Source: Carpediemonas membranifera BICM
Lineage: Eukaryota; Protista; Fornicata
Assembly: GCA_019828565.1 (NCBI GenBank)
Contig: JAHDYR010000021.1
Location: forward strand, 154,982-218,981
Reading direction: 5' to 3'
Length of the DNA: 64,000 bases
In this document: positions 36,391-48,836 of the stretch, piece by piece
Position numbering within the stretch: the first letter of the stretch is position 1
Layout: every line of letters starts with the position of its first letter
Position numbers and translations under genes: made by a program
Notes under the pieces: model-generated
What the model saw: only the letters and a program-made list of their open reading frames with translations
What the model was told of the DNA's origin: nothing
Database searches by the model: none

Positions 36391-37086
36391 TTACTCCGAG
36401 GCCTCACTTTCCGATAGGCTGGCGACACTCCAGCGTCTCTCTGTCCCCATCCTGGCGGGCAAACTCATGCGGCGGAACAACGTCTCTTCAGACCGGGCCC
36501 TCACTGCCATCTGACGGTCCCGGCATGTGCTGGGGTGTCTATCCACGAGCATGAGGTCCGGCTTGGTTGTTGGAAAGATGACGTTCGCGTCGAATGCCGC
36601 GTCATCCTGGAGGACCCGCAGCACGCCCTTCCTGGACCTCCGCTGCTGCTTCATGACCTCTTTGTGCGCCATGCACCCTATGACACTGTACCTCCGACTG
36701 GGGTCGGCCAGGTTGAGCGGGGCCACAAGTTCCAGCTGAGGATGTGGGGTCTCAACCTCGCCAATACCCGCAGCGGGCTCTTCCTCCTGTTCTGGGAGAC
36801 TCGTGTCGATTACAGGGCGCTCTTTGCGTTGGAAGAGGGGCATGAGTGAACTTGTGATCTCAGGACCTTCTTTTTCTTCGGAACTGGATTCACTGCTCTC
36901 CATCTCTGATGAAAAGATATCAGGTTCCTCTAATACGGGACTTTCGTCCGTTTCTGAATCACCCGGAGTCATACTCACTCGCCTTGCGTTAACTTCAAAG
37001 CGTTCATCGCCAATTTCACATGAAGACAGAAGCGACGGCCTGCGCGGTCTATGTAGTGGTACTGTTGCTCCTCGAAACGGGAACAT
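36391..37086 (-). CDS. Hypothetical Ser/Glu-rich protein with repeated RRxS motifs
   Basis: 231-aa ORF with RRPS, RRVS, RRYS, RRMS, RRWS. Confidence 0.55.
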   Translation of the reverse strand: MFPFRGATVPLHRPRRPSLLSSCEIGDERFEVNARRVSMTPGDSETDESPVLEEPDIFSSEMESSESSSEEKEGPEITSSLMPLFQRKERPVIDTSLPEQEEEPAAGIGEVETPHPQLELVAPLNLADPSRRYSVIGCMAHKEVMKQQRRSRKGVLRVLQDDAAFDANVIFPTTKPDLMLVDRHPSTCRDRQMAVRARSEETLFRRMSLPARMGTERRWSVASLSESEASE

Positions 37087-37315
37087 GTTAGATTAACCTC
37101 TGTTTTCAGGAGCTCATCGCGCTTGTTCGCAAGGGACGACTCGGATTGAGTCGCGACCGCAAACCTTGTGACAAAGCGGAATAAGCGAAGCTACAGTCAA
37201 ACTTGGTGCCAGCGGCAAAGCCCGCCTCTGCATGGCAAGTATTTCGTGATTCTTTCGCGACCGAGCCTTCAAGAGCTCACTCTACCCAAAGCTTCATAAA
37301 CCTCTCGTTTATCAA

Positions 37316-38218
37316 TCACAAGCGTCCCGCAATAGGGCTTTGGTACGTTGTCTCCTCCTCGTCTTTGCTGCCGCCAGCCTTGTTTCTATTGATCACCTTC
37401 ATCGAGAGGGTGACGGCCAGCTTAGCAGCAATAAAGAAATAGATAGCCAGACTAGACACCAGCAGCAGGCCGGCAGCTGCCCCGCTGAGCAGTGGCAGGC
37501 CCCAACCAAAGGCCCCCACTACGTCGCCCACTTCCATGAGAATGACCCGCTTCTGGCCACTAAAGGAGTTGACCGGGAAGACGCTATTGAAGGCCAAGGT
37601 GTAGTCGCCCTTGTCCAGGTCACCGACCTTGGCGTACGGCTTGAGTGTCTTGCCGCCAAGGCCGGAGACCCGCATCCAAGACGTCAGCCGGTCCCGGTCT
37701 GGGTCGCCCTTCTCAAAGGCGTCGTCGAACTTGTTGTCACGGTCAGTCTTCCAGCCGACGGTCGGGTTGAGTGTGACTGTGCTTCCGCCGACCTTGGTCA
37801 GGGTGAATGTGTCGTTGAAGTGGGCGCGGTAGACCAGGCCGCACGGGTCACACGTGTCGCTGAGTGTGCGGCAGACGACCTTGGTGTAGGTGCAGGCGTC
37901 CTCGAGGTTGCCCTGGCTGTCGCTCCCGGTGCTGAGCTGCTCCCAAGAGATGGAGTCGGCGAAGCGCTTGTGGTTCTGGTAGAAGTCGTCGAGCTCGTAG
38001 AAGAGGTAGGCGTTCTTCATGTCCTTGGCGAGGGACATCGTGAGGGATGTGTCGCTCAAGTCGTCGTACCGCTTGGAAATAGCAACGCGGTTGTTCTGGC
38101 TGATCGCGAGGAACGCCGTGATGATGGCCAGCACCATAAAGGACAGGCACATGCATGTTCCAGCGATAATTGGCGTCAATACTGGCTGGACATACCGGTC
38201 TCTGGGTAACGACGGCAT
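37316..38218 (-). CDS. CDC50/LEM3 family flippase beta-subunit
   Basis: QPVLTP plus TM, YLFYELDDFYQNHKRFADS, PCGL....FNDTF, WMRVSG, FPVNSFSGQK, second TM. Confidence 0.9.
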   Translation of the reverse strand: MPSLPRDRYVQPVLTPIIAGTCMCLSFMVLAIITAFLAISQNNRVAISKRYDDLSDTSLTMSLAKDMKNAYLFYELDDFYQNHKRFADSISWEQLSTGSDSQGNLEDACTYTKVVCRTLSDTCDPCGLVYRAHFNDTFTLTKVGGSTVTLNPTVGWKTDRDNKFDDAFEKGDPDRDRLTSWMRVSGLGGKTLKPYAKVGDLDKGDYTLAFNSVFPVNSFSGQKRVILMEVGDVVGAFGWGLPLLSGAAAGLLLVSSLAIYFFIAAKLAVTLSMKVINRNKAGGSKDEEETTYQSPIAGRL

Positions 38219-38529
38219 AGCGGTGCTACCGCTCGAACGGTGCAGCCAAAACAACGAACTGTGCTTCTTTGAAGAGTTTGTGTGTGATCCAGCCTGTTAG
38301 CTTTTGTGTTTTCTCAACCAGCTCGCTCATCGATCGTCGAGCCAACGCTTGGGAGATTTCGACCCAGCCGGCGGTAAGTCAGTAAGACAAACGGGCAGCA
38401 GACTCGCAACATGGTCAGGAGAACGGAATGTCGCTTGTTCAGCCCACCAACAAGGTATGGGTGACACATTCTCACTCGCATCGACTCCACCGTCGAGCAA
38501 TCGTTGCGTTCTTTTATTTTTGCGATAAA

Positions 38530-39150
38530 CTAAAGTTCCGGGAAAGCTGTCTCGGGCAGACCCGTGATCTGAACCTCGGTCAGGCCCTCGACCTGCCTCT
38601 CAGCAATGACATCGGCGAGGAGGAAGCCCTGCACGCACTGGAACCAGCGGACCACGTGGGGCTGGGCGGAGATGACCTCGGCCATGTGCTGGCGCATGTA
38701 GTCCTGCAGGAGCACGTACATGAGGACATCTGCCGCGGACGCGAGCTTGGCGAGGAAGGACACTGGCGCAAGCTGCTCGTTCATGAACTCGAGCGCCTCA
38801 ACGACAGCGCTGTCGTCGTGCTCGCAGAAGAGCTTGGGGCAGACGGATGTGACGATGAATGTGATCCACTCGTCGACGTTGGCTTGGATGGCGTTGTCCT
38901 TGATGGCGATCGGGTGGTTCTTGGAGGTAGAGCAGAGCGTACGGAGTGATACTAGCAAGCCAGAGTAGTACTGGCTCCCAATCTTAACCAGAGGAGTGTC
39001 AGTGATGCCCATGACAGTGTTCTCGGTGTTCACGACGTCAGGGCCAACAAGGTTGATATCCGTCTTCGTCAGCTTCGCCATTGTATTGAATATGCGTGGA
39101 ACAAGGACTGAATCATTCGGAGCAACGATCTCTATCACCTTTTTGGGCAT
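38530..39150 (-). CDS. GST-C-like domain protein (AIMP3/Arc1-like)
   Basis: QANVDEWI, LEFMNEQLAPVSFL...SAADVLMY, PHVVRWFQCVQ. Confidence 0.7.
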   Translation of the reverse strand: MPKKVIEIVAPNDSVLVPRIFNTMAKLTKTDINLVGPDVVNTENTVMGITDTPLVKIGSQYYSGLLVSLRTLCSTSKNHPIAIKDNAIQANVDEWITFIVTSVCPKLFCEHDDSAVVEALEFMNEQLAPVSFLAKLASAADVLMYVLLQDYMRQHMAEVISAQPHVVRWFQCVQGFLLADVIAERQVEGLTEVQITGLPETAFPEL

Positions 39151-39295
39151 TTCTTCCTTCTCACGCTGCGCATAAACTGCACTGACCTCAAACTGCCAGT
39201 TTCCGGCACTTTCGCGATGAAGAGTTGCTGAAATATGACCCGTAGATGCCCGATAGGTCTCGCTGAGTCCCATACAATGTTGTTAAGCTTGAGCA

Positions 39296-42200
39296 GGAGT
39301 TGCGAAATGGGGTCGACCCCCAATCTGCGAGCTGGATGCAGCCAGACGACGCGCTCCTGGAATCGGCAGGGCGCATTACACCCTGCGTATTCCGGTAGCG
39401 CGCGGTTCTGCCGCGCCCAGATCGTCCCAGTCGGACCCGCCCAGATGGGGTCGACCTCAGATGTCGACACCAGACTCACGCGTCCAATCGCGGGACGGTC
39501 AGCCATGTTTACTTAGCTCTGTGCAATGAATACGCGCTGCTGCTGGCTCGGTGCAAGCAGCTCGAAGTGGCAGCGCGTAGAGTCGACACCAGTCGCACTT
39601 CTGTTCGCGCCCCTCCCGCGGAGCTGTCGCCAGTCGCGTACACTGTGCAATACATCTCATTAGTGCGTCTGATGACGCCAGTGAATTGGCTGTAGCGACT
39701 CGACTCGACGCGTGGTTGTGCGTGTGTCTCACCCAGGTCTGCCCCCCGCACCATGCCGACACGCAACCGCCACTGCTCTCGCTGTGCAGCCCACAGACAC
39801 TGCCCAGTGTGTGCTGAAGGGGCAGCCAGCGGACCTCGGCTCAGTCCGCCAAGCGGCTGGTCGTGCGGGAGTTGCGAAATGGGGTCGACCCCCAATCTGC
39901 GAGCTGGATGCAGCCAGACGACGCGCTCCTGGAATCGGCAGGGCGCATTACACCCTGCGTATTCCGGTAGCGCGCGGTTCTGCCGCGCCCAGATCGTCCC
40001 AGTCGGACCCGCCCAGATGGGGTCGACCTCAGATGTCGACACCAGACTCACGCGTCCAATCGCGGGACGGTCAGCCATGTTTACTTAGCTCTGTGCAATG
40101 AATACGCGCTGCTGCTGGCTCGGTGCAAGCAGCTCGAAGTGGCAGCGCGTAGAGTCGACACCAGTCGCACTTCTGTTCGCGCCCCTCCCGCGGAGCTGTC
40201 GCCAGTCGCGTACACTGTGCAATACATCTCATTAGTGCATCTGATGACGCCAGTGAATTGGCTGTAGCGACTCGACTCGACGCGTGGTTGTGCGTGTGTC
40301 TCACCCAGGTCTGCCCCCGCACCATGCCGACACGCAACCGCCACTGCTCTCGCTGTGCAGCCCACAGACACTGCCCAGTGTGTGCTGAAGGGGCAGCCAG
40401 CGGACCTCGGCTCAGTCCGCCAAGCGGCTGGTCGTGCGGGAGTTGCGAAATGGGGTCGACCCCCAATCTGCGAGCTGGATGCAGCCAGACGACGCGCTCC
40501 TGGAATCGGCAGGGCGCATTACACCCTGCGTATTCCGGTAGCGCGCGGTTCTGCCGCGCCCAGATCGTCCCAGTCGGACCCGCCCAGATGGGGTCGACCT
40601 CAGATGTCGACACCAGACTCACGCGTCCAATCGCGGGACGGTCAGCCATGTTTACTTAGCTCTGTGCAATGAATACGCGCTGCTGCTGGCTCGGTGCAAG
40701 CAGCTCGAAGTGGCAGCGCGTAGAGTCGACACCAGTCGCACTTCTGTTCGCGCCCCTCCCGCGGAGCTGTCGCCAGTCGCGTACACTGTGCAATACATCT
40801 CGTTAGTGCGTCTGATGACGCCAGTGAATTGGCTGTAGCGACTCGACTCGACGCGTGGTTGTGCGTGTGTCTCACCCAGGTCTGCCCCCCGCACCATGCC
40901 GACACGCAACCGCCACTGCTCTCGCTGTGCAGCCCACAGACACTGCCCAGTGTGTGCTGAAGGGGCAGCCAGCGGACCTCGGCTCAGTCCGCCAAGCGGC
41001 TGGTCGTGCGGGAGTTGCGAAATGGGGTCGACCCCCAATCTGCGAGCTGGATGCAGCCAGACGACGCGCTCCTGGAATCGGCAGGGCGCATTACACCCTG
41101 CGTATTCCGGTAGCGCGCGGTTCTGCCGCGCCCAGATCGTCCCAGTCGGACCCGCCCAGATGGGGTCGACCTCAGATGTCGACACCAGACTCACGCGTCC
41201 AATCGCGGGACGGTCAGCCATGTTTACTTAGCTCTGTGCAATGAATACGCGCTGCTGCTGGCTCGGTGCAAGCAGCTCGAAGTGGTAGCGCGTAGAGTCG
41301 ACACCAGTCGCACTTCTGTTCGCGCCCCTCCCGCGGAGCTGTCGCCAGTCGCGTACACTGTGCAATACATCTCATTAGTGCGTCTGATGACGCCAGTGAA
41401 TTGGCTGTAGCGACTCGACTCGACGCGTGGTTGTGCGTGTGTCTCACCCAGGTCTGCCCCCCGCACCATGCCGACACGCAACCGCCACTGCTCTCGCTGT
41501 GCAGCCCACAGACACTGCCCAGTGTGTGCTGAAGGGGCAGCCAGCGGACCTCGGCTCAGTCCGCCAAGCGGCTGGTCGTGCGGGAGTTGCGAAATGGGGT
41601 CGACCCCCAATCTGCGAGCTGGATGCAGCCAGACGACGCGCTCCTGGAATCGGCAGGGCGCATTACACCCTGCGTATTCCGGTAGCGCGCGGTTCTGCCG
41701 CGCCCAGATCGTCCCAGTCGGACCCGCCCAGATGGGGTCGACCTCAGATGTCGACACCAGACTCACGCGTCCAATCGCGGGACGGTCAGCCATGTTTACT
41801 TAGCTCTGTGCAATGAATACGCGCTGCTGCTGGCTCGGTGCAAGCAGCTCGAAGTGGCAGCGCGTAGAGTCGACACCAGTCGCACTTCTGTTCGCGCCCC
41901 TCCCGCGGAGCTGTCGCCAGTCGCGTACACTGTGCAATACATCTCATTAGTGCATCTGATGACGCCAGTGAATTGGCTGTAGCGACTCGACTCGACGCGT
42001 GGTTGTGCGTGTGTCTCACCCAGGTCTGCCCCCCGCACCATGCCGACACGCAACCGCCACTGCTCTCGCTGTGCAGCCCACAGACACTGCCCAGTGTGTG
42101 CTGAAGGGGCAGCCAGCGGACCTCGGCTCAGTCCGCCAAGCGGCTGGTCGTGCGGGAGTTGCGAAATGGGGTCGACCCCCAATCTGCGAGCTGGATGCAG

Positions 42201-45200
42201 CCAGACGACGCGCTCCTGGAATCGGCAGGGCGCATTACACCCTGCGTATTCCGGTAGCGCGCGGTTCTGCCGCGCCCAGATCGTCCCAGTCGGACCCGCC
42301 CAGATGGGGTCGACCTCAGATGTCGACACCAGACTCACGCGTCCAATCGCGGGACGGTCAGCCATGTTTACTTAGCTCTGTGCAATGAATACGCGCTGCT
42401 GCTGGCTCGGTGCAAGCAGCTCGAAGTGGCAGCGCGTAGAGTCGACACCAGTCGCACTTCTGTTCGCGCCCCTCCCGCGGAGCTGTCGCCAGTCGCGTAC
42501 ACTGTGCAATACATCTCATTAGTGCATCTGATGACGCCAGTGAATTGGCTGTAGCGACTCGACTCGACGCGTGGTTGTGCGTGTGTCTCACCCAGGTCTG
42601 CCCCCCGCACCATGCCGACACGCAACCGCCACTGCTCTCGCTGTGCAGCCCACAGACACTGCCCAGTGTGTGCTGAAGGGGCAGCCAGCGGACCTCGGCT
42701 CAGTCCGCCAAGCGGCTGGTCGTGCGGGAGTTGCGAAATGGGGTCGACCCCCAATCTGCGAGCTGGATGCAGCCAGACGACGCGCTCCTGGAATCGGCAG
42801 GGCGCATTACACCCTGCGTATTCCGGTAGCGCGCGGTTCTGCCGCGCCCAGATCGTCCCAGTCGGACCCGCCCAGATGGGGTCGACCTCAGATGTCGACA
42901 CCAGACTCACGCGTCCAATCGCGGGACGGTCAGCCATGTTTACTTAGCTCTGTGCAATGAATACGCGCTGCTGCTGGCTCGGTGCAAGCAGCTCGAAGTG
43001 GCAGCGCGTAGAGTCGACACCAGTCGCACTTCTGTTCGCGCCCCTCCCGCGGAGCTGTCGCCAGTCGCGTACACTGTGCAATACATCTCATTAGTGCGTC
43101 TGATGACGCCAGTGAATTGGCTGTAGCGACTCGACTCGACGCGTGGTTGTGCGTGTGTCTCACCCAGGTCTGCCCCCCGCACCATGCCGACACGCAACCG
43201 CCACTGCTCTCGCTGTGCAGCCCACAGACACTGCCCAGTGTGTGCTGAAGGGGCAGCCAGCGGACCTCGGCTCAGTCCGCCAAGCGGCTGGTCGTGCGGG
43301 AGTTGCGAAATGGGGTCGACCCCCAATCTGCGAGCTGGATGCAGCCAGACGACGCGCTCCTGGAATCGGCAGGGCGCATTACACCCTGCGTATTCCGGTA
43401 GCGCGCGGTTCTGCCGCGCCCAGATCGTCCCAGTCGGACCCGCCCAGATGGGGTCGACCTCAGATGTCGACACCAGACTCACGCGTCCAATCGCGGGACG
43501 GTCAGCCATGTTTACTTAGCTCTGTGCAATGAATACGCGCTGCTGCTGGCTCGGTGCAAGCAGCTCGAAGTGGCAGCGCGTAGAGTCGACACCAGTCGCA
43601 CTTCTGTTCGCGCCCCTCCCGCGGAGCTGTCGCCAGTCGCGTACACTGTGCAATACATCTCATTAGTGCGTCTGATGACGCCAGTGAATTGGCTGTAGCG
43701 ACTCGACTCGACGCGTGGTTGTGCGTGTGTCTCACCCAGGTCTGCCCCCCGCACCATGCCGACACGCAACCGCCACTGCTCTCGCTGTGCAGCCCACAGA
43801 CACTGCCCAGCGTGTGCTGAAGGGGCAGCCAGCGGACCTCGGCTCAGTCCGCCAAGCGGCTGGTCGTGCGGGAGTTGCGAAATGGGGTCGACCCCCAATC
43901 TGCGAGCTGGATGCAGCCAGACGACGCGCTCCTGGAATCGGCAGGGCGCATTACACCCTGCGTATTCCGGTAGCGCGCGGTTCTGCCGCGCCCAGATCGT
44001 CCCAGTCGGACCCGCCCAGATGGGGTCGACCTCAGATGTCGACACCAGACTCACGCGTCCAATCGCGGGACGGTCAGCCATGTTTACTTAGCTCTGTGCA
44101 ATGAATACGCGCTGCTGCTGGCTCGGTGCAAGCAGCTCGAAGTGGCAGCGCGTAGAGTCGACACCAGTCGCACTTCTGTTCGCGCCCCTCCCGCGGAGCT
44201 GTCGCCAGTCGCGTACACTGTGCAATACATCTCATTAGTGCGTCTGATGACGCCAGTGAATTGGCTGTAGCGACTCGACTCGACGCGTGGTTGTGCGTGT
44301 GTCTCACCCAGGTCTGCCCCCCGCACCATGCCGACACGCAACCGCCACTGCTCTCGCTGTGCAGCCCACAGACACTGCCCAGTGTGTGCTGAAGGGGCAG
44401 CCAGCGGACCTCGGCTCAGTCCGCCAAGCGGCTGGTCGTGCGGGAGTTGCGAAATGGGGTCGACCCCCAATCTGCGAGCTGGATGCAGCCAGACGACGCG
44501 CTCCTGGAATCGGCAGGGCGCATTACACCCTGCGTATTCCGGTAGCGCGCGGTTCTGCCGCGCCCAGATCGTCCCAGTCGGACCCGCCCAGATGGGGTCG
44601 ACCTCAGATGTCGACACCAGACTCACGCGTCCAATCGCGGGACGGTCAGCCATGTTTACTTAGCTCTGTGCAATGAATACGCGCTGCTGCTGGCTCGGTG
44701 CAAGCAGCTCGAAGTGGCAGCGCGTAGAGTCGACACCAGTCGCACTTCTGTTCGCGCCCCTCCCGCGGAGCTGTCGCCAGTCGCGTACACTGTGCAATAC
44801 ATCTCATTAGTGCGTCTGATGACGCCAGTGAATTGGCTGTAGCGACTCGACTCGACGCGTGGTTGTGCGTGTGTCTCACCCAGGTCTGCCCCCCGCACCA
44901 TGCCGACACGCAACCGCCACTGCTCTCGCTGTGCAGCCCACAGACACTGCCCAGCGTGTGCTGAAGGGGCAGCCAGCGGACCTCGGCTCAGTCCGCCAAG
45001 CGGCTGGTCGTGCGGGAGTTGCGAAATGGGGTCGACCCCCAATCTGCGAGCTGGATGCAGCCAGACGACGCGCTCCTGGAATCGGCAGGGCGCATTACAC
45101 CCTGCGTATTCCGGTAGCGCGCGGTTCTGCCGCGCCCAGATCGTCCCAGTCGGACCCGCCCAGATGGGGTCGACCTCAGATGTCGACACCAGACTCACGC

Positions 45201-46367
45201 GTCCAATCGCGGGACGGTCAGCCATGTTTACTTAGCTCTGTGCAATGAATACGCGCTGCTGCTGGCTCGGTGCAAGCAGCTCGAAGTGGCAGCGCGTAGA
45301 GTCGACACCAGTCGCACTTCTGTTCGCGCCCCTCCCGCGGAGCTGTCGCCAGTCGCGTACACTGTGCAATACATCTCATTAGTGCGTCTGATGACGCCAG
45401 TGAATTGGCTGTAGCGACTCGACTCGACGCGTGGTTGTGCGTGTGTCTCACCCAGGTCTGCCCCCCGCACCATGCCGACACGCAACCGCCACTGCTCTCG
45501 CTGTGCAGCCCACAGACACTGCCCAGTGTGTGCTGAAGGGGCAGCCAGCGGACCTCGGCTCAGTCCGCCAAGCGGCTGGTCGTGCGGGAGTTGCGAAATG
45601 GGGTCGACCCCCAATCTGCGAGCTGGATGCAGCCAGACGACGCGCTCCTGGAATCGGCAGGGCGCATTACACCCTGCGTATTCCGGTAGCGCGCGGTTCT
45701 GCCGCGCCCAGATCGTCCCAGTCGGACCCGCCCAGATGGGGTCGACCTCAGATGTCGACACCAGACTCACGCGTCCAATCGCGGGACGGTCAGCCATGTT
45801 TACTTAGCTCTGTGCAATGAATACGCGCTGCTGCTGGCTCGGTGCAAGCAGCTCGAAGTGGCAGCGCGTAGAGTCGACACCAGTCGCACTTCTGTTCGCG
45901 CCCCTCCCGCGGAGCTGTCGCCAGTCGCGTACACTGTGCAATACATCTCATTAGTGCGTCTGATGACGCCAGTGAATTGGCTGTAGCGACTCGACTCGAC
46001 GCGTGGTTGTGCGTGTGTCTCACCCAGGTCTGCCCCCCGCACCATGCCGACACGCAACCGCCACTGCTCTCGCTGTGCAGCCCACAGACACTGCCCAGTG
46101 TGTGCTGAAGGGGCAGCCAGCGGACCTCGGCTCAGTCCGCCAAGCGGCTGGTCGTGCGGGAGTTGCGAAATGGGGTCGACCCCCAATCTGCGAGCTGGAT
46201 GCAGCCAGACGACGCGCTCCTGGAATCGGCAGGGCGCATTACACCCTGCGTATTCCGGTAGCGCGCGGTTCTGCCGCGCCCAGATCGTCCCAGTCGGACC
46301 CGCCCAGATGGGGTCGACCTCAGATGTCGACACCAGACTCACGCGTCCAATCGCGGGACGGTCAGCC
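39296..46367. repeat. Tandem array 1 of 572-bp unit (~12.4 copies)
   Basis: Identical ORF patterns recur every 572 bp (one 571-bp unit); only a few SNPs. Confidence 0.98.
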
Positions 46368-46436
46368 TACACCCCACGCAATACACGGCGAAATCAAGCA
46401 AGAATCCCAAGAGTTCACACAAATAACCGCAATAAT

Positions 46437-48785
46437 TTAGTGCTTCCGGGCCCGCTTGCCACCGCCTGCCTTCCGGTTGGCCTCGTGGAACTTCCTGCGT
46501 TCCTCCTCCCACGCGAGCTTCTTCTCCTTCGCGATTTCTTCCTTCGCGATTGTCCGAGACGACTTCATCTGCCTTGCCGCACCCTTGCCGGCCACGATCT
46601 TAACGCCCTTAGCCTTCGGGGCCTTGAGCTGGCCCTGCCTCATTCTGGGGGCGACGTACGCGGCCCTGCTGTCTTCTGCCGTGCCAGTCTGGGGCATGGA
46701 CATTGCACTGTTCTTCTTCCAGCTCTGGTACTGGTTGGACTTCTTATCGCCGGTAACCCGCACTTTAACGCCAGCATTGTTAGTGATGATGCGGGTGCGG
46801 CTCTTGAGGTCGCCCTGCTGGTCCTTGTTGACGTTGACGTACTGCTTGGACTTCTTGTCCCATCGGGTGACCATGCCCTTCGCCCTGAACGCGCTCATGT
46901 CATCCCCGACCATCTCGCTCACCTGTTCGTCGAGGTGCTTCTGTCTCGTGTCACCCATGTTCGCTCCGATGGCCAGGAACTGCTCGTCCAGCACCCGCTG
47001 CCGCTCATACGTCAGGAAACCGGCCTCCACGTACTTATCTGCTCTGGCTGCGAGCGAGTCCTTGCCCCCATCCATGGAGACAGCCACACGGCCCTTCCTC
47101 TGCTTCTTGCCGGCACTCCGGAACTTGGCGATCTTGGCGTCGTCCTGCATTCTCTTGTCGACCCACATGTCCGCAATCTCTCGCCCGGTGTCGCTCTTGT
47201 TGTTGCTCGCACTCAGCTCCATCGCACTCGCTCGGCTCCGGTATTTCGACACAGCCTGAAGTAATTCGTGCCGCTTCACGTCGCCGTCGCTGGATACGAG
47301 CAGCGGGTGGACCTGCGTGACATCCACCTCGGATGCTCCCTCCTTGCCGGGCCGAGAGGCGCCGTCTCTTTTGCGGCAGTAGGCCAAGAAGGCCTTCCCG
47401 GCATCCTCCATAAGCTTGGCGAGCTCCGCATCCTCCATCGCAATCTTGACCTGAGATCCGACCGTATCTATCAGATATTGTGGTATCACGCCAAGCGGTC
47501 CGATCTGACCAGATCTAGTGGGTCCAGGGATCGGGATCCCGAGGAAACGGTGGACGTCGACGAGATAGGGCAGGTCAGCGTGCTCTACAAGTGACCAGGC
47601 GACACCGGGTCGACCAGCCCTGGCGACACGGCCCGTGCGGTGCACGAAGAGCTTGCTGCTGTAGGGGAAGTCGTAGTTGATGACCATGTTCAAATGGGGG
47701 ATGTCGAGGCCTCGGGCCGCGGCGTCTGTGGCGACGAGGATGTCGTGTACACCACTGCGGAAGCCGGCCATGATGTCCCGGCGGGCAGAGACGTCGAGGG
47801 CGTTATAAATGGCCTTCGCCTTGTGCCCCATGCGGTTGAGCAGGCCCATGATGAACTCGCAGTGGTGCCGCGAGCAGCAGAAGATGAGCAGCTTGCCGCC
47901 CTTCCACTGCGACGCCAGCAACTGGCACAGGGCCGCGGGCTTGTCGTCGGATCGCGTGTAGACGTTCTCGATGGTCAGCGTGCTGCTCAGCTTCTCCTCA
48001 TCAGCCAGACGGACGTGCTCTGCGTCCCTCAACTTGGCAGCCCTAAACTGCACCAAGGACTCAGGCAGCGTGGCAGAGACGAGGACCCGCTGGGCCGACT
48101 CGGGCACCTGGTCGATGGTGGTGGTCACCGCCTCGAGGTGCTGGGGCGAGAGAAGCTCGTCTGCCTCATCTAGCACCAGGAACTGCAGGCGAGAGAGGTT
48201 GAGACTGTCGCCGCCCGCCTTGATCTGCGTGATGATGTCCGCCAGACGCTTGGGGGTAGAAACAAGGATGTCTGGTGCTGGAGAAGAAGCCAGGCGAAAG
48301 AACTGCTCTTCAATTTTCGCATTTCCGTGGATCCCGAAGACGGAGAGGGCCGGCTTGCGGCACTTGGCGAGCTTGAGGGCGACACCGACTGTCTGGGAAA
48401 CGAGGTCGATGGTAGGTACGAGAATGATAGCTCTAGGGCCGAACACCTGGGCGTGGTCGCCTAGCTTGGCTATGATTGGGATGAGGAAGGACGCCGTCTT
48501 GCCAGAACCCGTGCGGGATTTGATCAGCGCGTCGTTCCCGTTCATGATGGTCGGAATGGCCTTGCGCTGAATGGGACTGGGCAGCTGAAAGCCGAGCTTG
48601 TTGATAATGGCCTGGACAAGGTCTTCATCAAGCCCCTCGAAGCAGAAGAAGCCATGAGTGCGGCGCTTCATCTTCTTCTCCTCGGTGCCAGTCTTTTCAG
48701 ACGGTTCCTCAGGGAAACGTACGAGATCACATTCCTCGCCACCTGAAAAGTGCACAAGGTCCTCTAGATCGTCGTATTCTACCAT
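46437..48785 (-). CDS. DBP10: DEAD-box RNA helicase DBP10/DDX54
   Basis: PSPIQRKAIP, RTGSGKT, DEAD, SAT, ARGLDIP, HRTGRVARAG; DBP10CT-like RWDKKSKQYV. Confidence 0.93.
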   Translation of the reverse strand: MVEYDDLEDLVHFSGGEECDLVRFPEEPSEKTGTEEKKMKRRTHGFFCFEGLDEDLVQAIINKLGFQLPSPIQRKAIPTIMNGNDALIKSRTGSGKTASFLIPIIAKLGDHAQVFGPRAIILVPTIDLVSQTVGVALKLAKCRKPALSVFGIHGNAKIEEQFFRLASSPAPDILVSTPKRLADIITQIKAGGDSLNLSRLQFLVLDEADELLSPQHLEAVTTTIDQVPESAQRVLVSATLPESLVQFRAAKLRDAEHVRLADEEKLSSTLTIENVYTRSDDKPAALCQLLASQWKGGKLLIFCCSRHHCEFIMGLLNRMGHKAKAIYNALDVSARRDIMAGFRSGVHDILVATDAAARGLDIPHLNMVINYDFPYSSKLFVHRTGRVARAGRPGVAWSLVEHADLPYLVDVHRFLGIPIPGPTRSGQIGPLGVIPQYLIDTVGSQVKIAMEDAELAKLMEDAGKAFLAYCRKRDGASRPGKEGASEVDVTQVHPLLVSSDGDVKRHELLQAVSKYRSRASAMELSASNNKSDTGREIADMWVDKRMQDDAKIAKFRSAGKKQRKGRVAVSMDGGKDSLAARADKYVEAGFLTYERQRVLDEQFLAIGANMGDTRQKHLDEQVSEMVGDDMSAFRAKGMVTRWDKKSKQYVNVNKDQQGDLKSRTRIITNNAGVKVRVTGDKKSNQYQSWKKNSAMSMPQTGTAEDSRAAYVAPRMRQGQLKAPKAKGVKIVAGKGAARQMKSSRTIAKEEIAKEKKLAWEEERRKFHEANRKAGGGKRARKH

Positions 48786-48804
48786 GTGACTTCCGGACGT
48801 GATT

Positions 48805-48836
48805 TGTGCTGCGCAGGATTAGAATTGTTGAGTCCA
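48805..48836. repeat. Direct repeat, downstream end of Fanzor B
   Basis: tgtgctgcgcaggattagaattgttgagtcca. Confidence 0.9.

Noticed and set aside
39669-39900. Hammerhead ribozyme in the repeat (CTGATGA followed by a GCCAG-TGAA-TTGGC stem; distant GAAA-TGGGG..CCCC-AATC)
   Set aside because: No GAAA directly after the candidate stem II (GTAG instead) and no stem I pairing can be built; not a canonical core
39296-46367. 572-bp array as CRISPR array, Fanzor guide array or 5S rDNA
   Set aside because: Units have no variable spacers, do not contain the Fanzor end repeat or scaffold hairpins, and show no recognisable 5S sequence
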